The notes under the pieces: generated by a model
Told to the model about the DNA's origin: nothing
The model's database searches: none
Seen by the model: the letters and a program-made list of their open reading frames with translations, nothing else
Shown here: in pieces, positions 1 through 5,819 of the stretch
Position numbering within the stretch: the first letter of the stretch is position 1
Layout of the letters: each line of letters starts with the position of its first letter
Origin: a virus
Direction: 5' to 3' (one strand)
Virus record (IMG/VR): IMGVR_UViG_3300045988_123990
DNA length: 12,639 nucleotides
Position numbers and translations under genes: made by a program

Positions 1-5
1 TTTGC

Positions 6-28
6 TGATGCATATGATGGAACTGATG
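6..28. repeat. Three direct TGATG iterons at an exact 9-bp period inside the ITR (mirrored at 12612-12634)
   Basis: TGATG occurs at 6-10, 15-19 and 24-28. The overlapping palindromes ATGCAT (8-13) and CATATG (11-16) lie between the first two copies. The repeat is observed directly; its function is unknown. Confidence 0.85.
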
Positions 29-31
29 ACG

Positions 32-60
32 TTGAGCTTATTAATGCGACAAACGATAAA
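32..60 (+). promoter_or_regulatory. Candidate early promoter inside the ITR (TTGAGC-N17-GATAAA)
   Basis: The -35-like TTGAGC (32-37) and the -10-like GATAAA (55-60) are separated by 17 nt, and each matches consensus at 4/6. Only 123 nt lie upstream of the first gene and every gene is on the + strand, so an early promoter should sit in this interval. The exact hexamers are uncertain. Confidence 0.25.
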
Positions 61-123
61 GAAGCTATTGAGTTATTTAAAGAGATTATGAGATTAAAAG
101 AGGAAGAACAGGAGGAACACTAA

Positions 124-498
124 ATGAAATCAAAATACAAAAAAATTAAGTACACTAATACCGGGGTAAAAGCCCCGGTAGTAACTCTCATGAAATCAAC
201 CCCGGAACTTGATAGGTCAGACATAATAGAATTAAATTATCCAGAAATAAGGATCATCATAAGGAGAGTTGCACGAAAAACAATGTACAATCGTGCAAAG
301 TCTCTTATTTCCGTTTGCAAGGATGGCATTGTTAATGATTTTTATGTATATGATATCATTAATGATGCAAGAATTGTTTGTGAAAATCTATACTTAATCA
401 TAAAAAAACCAGAGTTAGTTACTTATGTAAAATTTGGGGAATATAAGATGATCTATAATGATATGAGAGGAGTTTTGTCACATGCCAAAGAATCCTAA
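124..498 (+). CDS. Hypothetical protein (124 aa), first gene after the ITR
   Basis: ATG at 124 lies 8 nt after GGAGG (111-115), and that SD is itself inside the ITR. The N-terminus is basic (MKSKYKKIKY). I recognise no motif. The ORF overlaps the next gene by 17 nt. Confidence 0.65.
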   Translation: MKSKYKKIKYTNTGVKAPVVTLMKSTPELDRSDIIELNYPEIRIIIRRVARKTMYNRAKSLISVCKDGIVNDFYVYDIINDARIVCENLYLIIKKPELVTYVKFGEYKMIYNDMRGVLSHAKES

Positions 499-1102
499 AA
501 TTCCAACAACAAGTAAAGGTTTGAATGTCAATCCGAACATGCTTACTACGCTGGAAGCTTTACAGCTACGCAGACAGCTTGCAAAACGTCTTAATCAGCG
601 TATGCGCAGATTAAAAGCAAAAGGTTTTGATTCAGAGGTTGGAGGAGCGTACGCAGACTACCAGGATCTACTTGCAAGATTTTTTCCGGGTAGATCAACC
701 ATCCCGGAAAACTTGGAAAATGAAAAATATAAAGGTCTGCCACGAACTCAAGTGAAAGCTATTCAAAAAATATTGAAAGAAAAAAGCAGCACAGTACAGG
801 GCTGGCATGAGATCATAGATCAACGTCAAAAAACCCTCAGCACTGAATACGGAATTAACTTCAAATCAAAAGAGGAAATGAAGTTATTTTTTAAATCTGA
901 GGTATGGAAGTGGATGCAACGATTTTATGACAGTAAACAGACAATGAGAATCATCAGTCATAAACTGGATGATTCTACGGTTTCTGAGATCATAAAAGAT
1001 CTGGAAAAATTCCGGGAGAGAACTGATCCAGATGCAGCTGATACGATAGCAAAACAACTAGGTTTTTCTGGCGAAGCAGAAGCTTTGAAATATAGACCAT
1101 AG
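482..1102 (+). CDS. Candidate terminal protein (replication primer), 206 aa
   Basis: The ORF lies 15 nt upstream of polB, which is where the terminal-protein gene sits in phi29 (gene 3 then gene 2). The SD AGAGGAG (466-472) lies 9 nt before the ATG. The basic helical N-terminal stretch LRRQLAKRLNQRMRRLKAKGFD resembles the phi29 TP N-terminus as I remember it. Coding status is strong; the functional call rests on synteny plus weak similarity. Confidence 0.5.
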   Translation: MPKNPKIPTTSKGLNVNPNMLTTLEALQLRRQLAKRLNQRMRRLKAKGFDSEVGGAYADYQDLLARFFPGRSTIPENLENEKYKGLPRTQVKAIQKILKEKSSTVQGWHEIIDQRQKTLSTEYGINFKSKEEMKLFFKSEVWKWMQRFYDSKQTMRIISHKLDDSTVSEIIKDLEKFRERTDPDAADTIAKQLGFSGEAEALKYRP

Positions 1103-1117
1103 CAAGGGAGGTAAAGT

Positions 1118-3241
1118 ATGGTAGTCGCAGGATATCCAATTCTTTATTTTAAAAACTATGATTATATGCGACTATTCAATGGTGATTTTATCCGGAGATC
1201 CAATGCAGGTCATTATCTAGGTGTCTATGAAAAAATAATAACTGTTGATACGGAAACTTTTGTCTATCTTAACAAAAACATTGGCTTTGTCACGGATTGG
1301 ACAATCACGATAGAGGATGATTGTTGTATTTACGGCAACCATGTTTCTGATCTGATTGATACGATCGACAGGATTTGCACAACTTTACATGCTGACGATA
1401 GCCACCTTGTACGCTTTTATGTGCATAACTTTCCATATGACTATGTTTTTCTTCGTAACCATTTTTTCCAAAAGTGGGGGAATCCTGATAAATCACTGGC
1501 TGCTAAGACACATAAATATATTTTTATGAAATGGACAGGACAAGGCATTGAGTTCCGTGATAGTCTCATCTTGACACAAAGATCACTTGAGAAGCTTTGT
1601 AAAGACATGGGAACAACTGAAAAAGCTGTGGGAACATGGGACTATAAGAAATTCCGAACGCCAGCAAGTCCACGTACAGCAAAAGAAATAGCCTATGTCT
1701 GTACGGATACAATCAGTCTATGCAAGGCATTACGCAAATACATAGATCAGCGAGGATTTAACGTGGCGAACTGTCCGCTGACCAATACGGGCTTTATCCG
1801 GACGAACGCCCGCAGGAGAGCAAGAAAAGACAAGAAATGGAGAAAGCAATTTGAGAAAATGGCTCTGACGTTGGAGCAATACGATCAAATGCTTGACTGC
1901 TATCATGGTGGCTATACGCATGCTAATAGGTATTATGTGAATCAATTAATAAAAGGGACTGTTGAATGTTATGATTTTGCAAGCTCATACATAGCCTGGA
2001 TGTGCTATTGTAAGTTTCCTATGTCGAATTTTTGTTATACAAATAATATAACATTAAAAGACATTATGGATTTGAAAGATGATTATGCTTTTTCTGGTTA
2101 TATCAGATTAAAGAATCTGAGACTGAAAAAAGACTGTCCTATGCCCCCGCTGTCTTTTTCAAAAGCAAAAGTTTGTGTTTTTCCAGAAGCCAAAAGCAAA
2201 AAAGAACAGTTTCATGATAATCTGGATAACGGAAAGATCGTCAACGCTGATCTTGTCATCTATCCATTTACGGATCCAGATTTAGAAGTAATCCTGTCAA
2301 GCTATGATTATGAATGGGCTGACGTGTCAAAAGTAATGAGAGCTACAAAAGACTACTTGCCGGAGTGGTTTACTGATTACTTGATGGAATTGTTTTTTAA
2401 AAAATGTATCCTTAAAGGTTTGGACGAAGCTAATTATATGATATCAAAGGGGGAGCTAAATGGCATGTACGGCATGACGGTTCAGAGAATCATTCAAATC
2501 TTATGTACAGAGCTTATGGAGTCAGGAGAGTGGGAAGCAAAAGAACCAGAGGACAGGGAAAAAGAGCTTGAAAAGTTCTATCGGAACAAGAACAGCTTTA
2601 TGCCCTACCAGTGGGGGCTATGGATCACAGCGTATGCACAAGATTATCTTTTCCGGCTGGGTTCCTGCTGCCGGAGGTGGTTATATTCTGACACAGATTC
2701 CGTAAAAGGCGCAGACTGGGATCATGATAAACTGGATGCATTTAATCAATCTATAGTTAACATGTCAGAAAAAAGAAATATCGGTGTAGTAGAGTATAAG
2801 GGAAAAATTTTCCGGCTTGGAATCGCTGAGTTTGACGGAATATACAGTGAGTTTATTACAATGGGTAGCAAACGCTATTGTTACCGTCTGAAAAAAGATG
2901 CATCTTTGCATCTAACGGTCGCAGGAGTTCCAAAAGATGGTATTTACTGTTTGAATGATGATATAACAAATTTTCGAAAAGGGTTTATTTTCAAAAATGA
3001 TTTGACATTCCGCAGGAACTACCGCAGAGCGAATGATTGGCAGGATCCAAAATGGAAGATGAAAACAGAGTATCTTTTCCATGACGGAATCAATGAAATG
3101 AATATTGATGGAAGCAAGATTGAATATGGTTGTGCCATCCGGTTAACAGATACAGAATATGAATTAGATCATACAATCCCATACGATAAAGAAACAGGAT
3201 TACCATTGCCGTTTGAAATGGAAGATACCGTGTACGGATAA
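1118..3241 (+). CDS. Family-B DNA polymerase, protein-primed (phi29 gp2-like) type, 707 aa
   Basis: GGGAGG (1106-1111) lies 6 nt before the ATG. Exonuclease motifs: Exo I TVDTETF (D44/E46, nt 1247-1255), Exo II HNFPYD (N104/D108, nt 1424-1441), Exo III YVCTD (Y193/D197, nt 1694-1708). Pre-motif A YHGGYT matches phi29 YRGGFT. Polymerase motifs: motif A YDFASSY (D286, nt 1973-1975), motif B KGELNGMYG (K444), motif C YSDTDS (D525/D527, nt 2684-2701), KxY motif GSKRY. Confidence 0.95.
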   Translation: MVVAGYPILYFKNYDYMRLFNGDFIRRSNAGHYLGVYEKIITVDTETFVYLNKNIGFVTDWTITIEDDCCIYGNHVSDLIDTIDRICTTLHADDSHLVRFYVHNFPYDYVFLRNHFFQKWGNPDKSLAAKTHKYIFMKWTGQGIEFRDSLILTQRSLEKLCKDMGTTEKAVGTWDYKKFRTPASPRTAKEIAYVCTDTISLCKALRKYIDQRGFNVANCPLTNTGFIRTNARRRARKDKKWRKQFEKMALTLEQYDQMLDCYHGGYTHANRYYVNQLIKGTVECYDFASSYIAWMCYCKFPMSNFCYTNNITLKDIMDLKDDYAFSGYIRLKNLRLKKDCPMPPLSFSKAKVCVFPEAKSKKEQFHDNLDNGKIVNADLVIYPFTDPDLEVILSSYDYEWADVSKVMRATKDYLPEWFTDYLMELFFKKCILKGLDEANYMISKGELNGMYGMTVQRIIQILCTELMESGEWEAKEPEDREKELEKFYRNKNSFMPYQWGLWITAYAQDYLFRLGSCCRRWLYSDTDSVKGADWDHDKLDAFNQSIVNMSEKRNIGVVEYKGKIFRLGIAEFDGIYSEFITMGSKRYCYRLKKDASLHLTVAGVPKDGIYCLNDDITNFRKGFIFKNDLTFRRNYRRANDWQDPKWKMKTEYLFHDGINEMNIDGSKIEYGCAIRLTDTEYELDHTIPYDKETGLPLPFEMEDTVYG

Positions 3242-3264
3242 AATGTTATAAATCTGTAATAGTT

Positions 3265-3292
3265 TTGTAACATAAATAAGTTACAATATAGA
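3265..3292 (+). promoter_or_regulatory. Palindrome TTGTAAC-N8-GTTACAA overlapping a promoter-like TTGTAA-N16-TATAGA
   Basis: This lies in the 68-nt gap after the polB stop. The 7-bp inverted repeat spans 3265-3271 and 3280-3286. The -35-like TTGTAA is at 3265-3270 and the -10-like TATAGA at 3287-3292. It could be an operator plus middle promoter or a weak hairpin. Confidence 0.3.
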
Positions 3293-3309
3293 CAGGAGGT
3301 GAAAAAACC

Positions 3310-3423
3310 ATGAAAAAATTCTGGAAAGAAAATAAAGAAGATATTGAAACGCTTTTCTGGACTTGTGTTACTTTTGTTTGTATGTTTGCAAGCTGTCAAG
3401 TATGGTTACTGTTAGTGGATTAA
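3310..3423 (+). CDS. Small membrane protein, 37 aa (not in the ORF track)
   Basis: ATG 3310 lies 10 nt after GGAGG (3295-3299). Translation: MKKFWKENKEDIETLFWTCVTFVCMFASCQVWLLLVD. The N-terminus is charged and is followed by one hydrophobic helix. The ORF fills an otherwise empty gap. Confidence 0.55.
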   Translation: MKKFWKENKEDIETLFWTCVTFVCMFASCQVWLLLVD

Positions 3424-3437
3424 AGGGAAGGTAAATC

Positions 3438-3659
3438 ATGAAAAAAGTTGTTGAAGTGGCTGAGATTAAAAAGAAAATTGAAAAATTAATAAACTCAGCA
3501 AATGAAGATTTTAAGAAAGGGTTTAATAATTTATATGACTTGAAAATCTATGTGGCAAAAGTAATGTTTTCCTATTTAGAAGATCTAATATGTGAACCGG
3601 AAACTTGGGAAGATGATATGTTTCGTCTGAATGAGTGGATGGATTCATTAAGACATTAA
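3438..3659 (+). CDS. Hypothetical protein, 73 aa, basic N-terminus and acidic C-terminus
   Basis: ATG follows AAGGGAAGG (3422-3430). The protein looks helical and has the acidic tail EPETWEDDMFRLNEWMD. I recognise no motif. Confidence 0.7.
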   Translation: MKKVVEVAEIKKKIEKLINSANEDFKKGFNNLYDLKIYVAKVMFSYLEDLICEPETWEDDMFRLNEWMDSLRH

Positions 3660-3672
3660 GGAGGTGAGAAAA

Positions 3673-3804
3673 GTGATTGATATGTCAGAAATTTATGAAA
3701 CATTGCGAACAAGCAGCCTGCGAAGAGTAACTTACGAGGATGACGAAATTAGTATCGTAGCTTATAAGGTTGGAAAAATCATTAGAATTGATATAAGGGG
3801 GTAA
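3673..3804 (+). CDS. Hypothetical protein, 43 aa, GTG start (not in the ORF track)
   Basis: GTG 3673 lies 8 nt after GGAGG (3660-3664, within AAGGAGGTG). Translation: (M)IDMSEIYETLRTSSLRRVTYEDDEISIVAYKVGKIIRIDIRG. The ORF fills the gap between 3659 and 3809 exactly. Confidence 0.5.
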   Translation: MIDMSEIYETLRTSSLRRVTYEDDEISIVAYKVGKIIRIDIRG

Positions 3805-3808
3805 CAAG

Positions 3809-4006
3809 ATGAATCTGTCTATGGATGATGCTTATAAAGCACTTACTATCATTTCTAAAGTGTGCAGGGAAAATGAACAATGTAAATCCTGCCCATTTTC
3901 AATCACAGGAAAATGTGGGATAGTAACACAAGGTTATCCGTCTTATTGGGACATAAAAGTTCCTAACATAGAATTATTTAACCAAAGGAGAGAAACTTCA
4001 TGTTAA
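3809..4006 (+). CDS. Hypothetical Cys-rich protein, 65 aa
   Basis: ATG lies 7 nt after AAGGGGG (3795-3801). The cysteine pattern is C19-x5-C25-x2-C28-x7-C36 (CRENEQCKSCPFSITGKCG), a possible metal-binding knuckle. Confidence 0.7.
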   Translation: MNLSMDDAYKALTIISKVCRENEQCKSCPFSITGKCGIVTQGYPSYWDIKVPNIELFNQRRETSC

Positions 4007-4299
4007 AATCAAATGTAAAAATTAATTGCAGACCTTATAATGGAAACTCAAAAACAAAAGCTTTTGTTGATCTGGAACTGGACAAGACTCTTGTAATTAA
4101 AGGGTTAACACTGGTTAAGGGTAAAGACGGGCTTTTCCTGTCATTCCCAAGCACAAAAGGAAAAGATGGAAAATACTATAATTCAGTCTATTCACTTGAT
4201 AAAGAATGGACAGGGATTCTCCAGGATGCTTGTATCAAAAAATACAATGAATGCAACCAGACTTCACAGCCTACATCCTCCGGAGGTGTATTTCAATAA
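4000..4299 (+). CDS. SpoVG-fold nucleic-acid-binding protein homologue, 99 aa
   Basis: KAFVDLELDKTLVIKGLTLVKGKDGLFLSFPSTKGKDGKYYNSVYSLDKEWTGILQDACIKKY aligns by eye to the SpoVG core ([46 protein letters not shown]...IQDAVLNEY). GGAG (3987-3990) lies 9 nt before the ATG. The stop overlaps the ATPase start (TAATG). Confidence 0.7.
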   Translation: MLKSNVKINCRPYNGNSKTKAFVDLELDKTLVIKGLTLVKGKDGLFLSFPSTKGKDGKYYNSVYSLDKEWTGILQDACIKKYNECNQTSQPTSSGGVFQ

Positions 4300-5345
4300 T
4301 GAATATCTACGATAAAAATGGTTGGTTGGACGTTCCAAGGATTGTCCAGCTTGCCGATAAAAATGAAATTAACTTCATTTTCATCATTGGCGCACGTAGA
4401 ACCGGAAAAACATATGGAATTTTCCAACACTTCATTAATGATCTTTTTTCCAAAAATGAGAAGATCATCTACATGAGACGTACAAAAGAGCAACTGAAAA
4501 AAGTATTTCTTCCGGAGTTTGATCCGTGGCTGGATATCAATAAAGTTATGAACAAGTTTTTTCATTTTGAAAAACCCAGAGGTGAATACGGACGTATCAA
4601 GATCATGGAGCAAACAGAAGATGAACAAGTTTATAGGGGTGAAGCGTTTTGCCTTACATCCATGCATAACAACCGTGGATTCTCTGGATCTGATTTCTCT
4701 GAGGGGATTTATGATGAGTTCATCCCGGAGAAGATCGCTAAGTCAATCAGTGGGGAGGATGATGCTTTTCTGAATGCGGTTGAGACCATATCGGCAAACA
4801 GGGAGTTGCAGGGAAAGAAGCCGTTCCGGTGGTGGCTTGCTTCCAATTCGAACACACTGGACAACCCGATTGTACAGGCTTTTGGTTTGCTTCCAGTCTT
4901 GGAGCGAATGAAAAAGAACAAGCAAGAGTTTTCCATGTTGAGAGAGAGAGGAATCATCTTAGTTCTGATTAATGATTCCCCGATTTCAGAAAAGAAGAAA
5001 TATACTGCTTTGTATCGTGCTTTATTGGGAGATAGTGACTTTGCAAAGATGGCACTCTCAAATGAATTTGCATACGATGACGTTTCTGCTATCCGATCGG
5101 AAGATATCCGACAATACAAACTTATTTGTGTGATCGGAAAAGTTGCGATTTATGAACACAAGTCAAAAGCGCACTTGTATGTGTCGGATCATGTTTCTGG
5201 ATCTTGCAGGGACGTATTTGAAGACACACAGCATGGCAAGGATCAGTTCCGCTGCTTTTATAGCTGGATTGACAGCTATCGTCTGACAAATAGAATCAGC
5301 TATCAGAATATTTCTGTAAAATTCTATATTGACAAACTATTTTAA
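4299..5345 (+). CDS. DNA encapsidation (packaging) ATPase, phi29 gp16-like, 348 aa
   Basis: Walker A GARRTGKT (aa 31-38, nt 4389-4412) sits in FIFIIGARRTGKTYG, close to phi29 gp16 FVIGARGIGKSY as I recall it. A Walker B-like GIYDEF is present. I chose the start at ATG 4299 (TAATG coupling, GGAGGTG at 4282-4288) over the ORF-track ATG 4251, which lies inside the preceding gene. Confidence 0.9.
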   Translation: MNIYDKNGWLDVPRIVQLADKNEINFIFIIGARRTGKTYGIFQHFINDLFSKNEKIIYMRRTKEQLKKVFLPEFDPWLDINKVMNKFFHFEKPRGEYGRIKIMEQTEDEQVYRGEAFCLTSMHNNRGFSGSDFSEGIYDEFIPEKIAKSISGEDDAFLNAVETISANRELQGKKPFRWWLASNSNTLDNPIVQAFGLLPVLERMKKNKQEFSMLRERGIILVLINDSPISEKKKYTALYRALLGDSDFAKMALSNEFAYDDVSAIRSEDIRQYKLICVIGKVAIYEHKSKAHLYVSDHVSGSCRDVFEDTQHGKDQFRCFYSWIDSYRLTNRISYQNISVKFYIDKLF

Positions 5346-5358
5346 AAATTATATATTA

Positions 5359-5440
5359 GAGATAGGTCAACGTGGCTACATCGACCGCCGGAAGCGGATG
5401 CCATGGGGTGATTACCCAGAAGCGTTGACCTATTTTAATT
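5359..5440 (+). terminator. GC-rich branched stem-loop (three-way junction) plus U tract: intrinsic terminator and/or small structured RNA
   Basis: 5362-5372 ATAGGTCAACG pairs perfectly with 5423-5433 CGTTGACCTAT (11 bp). Inside are two hairpins. The first spans 5373-5403 (TGG/CCA, CAT/ATG, CCGC/GCGG, loop CGGAA). The second spans 5404-5418 (TGGG/CCCA). TATTTTAATTTT follows. The element lies in the ATPase-scaffold intergenic gap. Confidence 0.5.
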
Positions 5441-5471
5441 TTCAATTCCGGCAGAAAAGGAGAAAAAGAAA

Positions 5472-5807
5472 ATGAATGTAAATGAAATTTTAGAACTCGG
5501 AAAGCTTGGATTTTCAAAAAATGAGATCATTGGGATTCTGAACGCTCAGAACATGACTGGGCTTAATCAGATCACAAGCCCACAGGGTACAGAACAGATT
5601 CAGAATCTGGGGCAGCAGGTTGCAAATACTCCACTGAATCTGACAGCACAGACAGGACAGGATGCAACCAATACAGCTCTGCTGACAGCAATCAATACTC
5701 TGACTGCTACGTTACAGGCTGGGAACCTGTCAGCTTCCGGAAAAACTGGATCTGCTCCACGCACTTCGGATAACGTGGCAGAAGATCTTATGAAACTTAT
5801 GAATTAA
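5472..5807 (+). CDS. Candidate scaffolding protein, 111 aa
   Basis: The gene lies immediately upstream of the major capsid gene, as phi29 gp7 does. It is small, with a helical N-terminus and a Q/T/N/A-rich low-complexity centre. AAAGGAGA (5457-5464) precedes the ATG. The call rests on position and composition only. Confidence 0.45.
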   Translation: MNVNEILELGKLGFSKNEIIGILNAQNMTGLNQITSPQGTEQIQNLGQQVANTPLNLTAQTGQDATNTALLTAINTLTATLQAGNLSASGKTGSAPRTSDNVAEDLMKLMN

Positions 5808-5819
5808 GGGGGAAATAAA

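Larger units (their letters stand above)
1..119. repeat. Left inverted terminal repeat (119 bp)
   Basis: Manual reverse-complement comparison: 1-119 equals revcomp(12521-12639) with zero mismatches. Position 120 (C) differs from the complement of 12520 (G). The repeat starts 5'-TTTGCTGATG. Confidence 0.97.

Noticed and set aside
1-123. Frame 1 is stop-free from base 1 to the TAA at 121-123 and reads like a real protein tail (FADAYDGTDDVELINATNDKEAIELFKEIMRLKEEEQEEH). It is mirrored on the minus strand at the right end, which suggests a gene truncated by the contig end.
   Set aside because: There is no usable start codon other than an ATG 11 codons from the stop. Both ITR copies terminate at exactly the same base, which argues for true physical ends rather than truncation. 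Forty open codons can occur by chance in a purine-rich stretch. It may be a relic of a duplicated coding sequence, but I do not call it a CDS.
4251-4298. ORF-track N-terminal extensions: ATPase from ATG 4251, and likewise the tail knob from GTG 8122.
   Set aside because: Both extensions lie wholly inside the preceding gene in another frame. The internal ATGs (4299 and 8185) sit at stop-start overlaps, with SD-like sequences upstream.
5362-5433. A 72-nt structured element with a long closing stem, considered as a possible tRNA.
   Set aside because: The closing helix is 11 bp rather than 7. There is no GTTCGAATC-like T-loop or D-loop consensus, and only two internal arms are present rather than a cloverleaf.
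5398-5475. A 25-codon + strand ORF (MPWGDYPEALTYFNFQFRQKRRKRK) inside the intergenic structured region, ending in a TGA that overlaps the scaffold ATG.
   Set aside because: It has no convincing SD. Its start is buried in the predicted hairpin, and the lysine/arginine tail comes from reading through the A-rich SD region.
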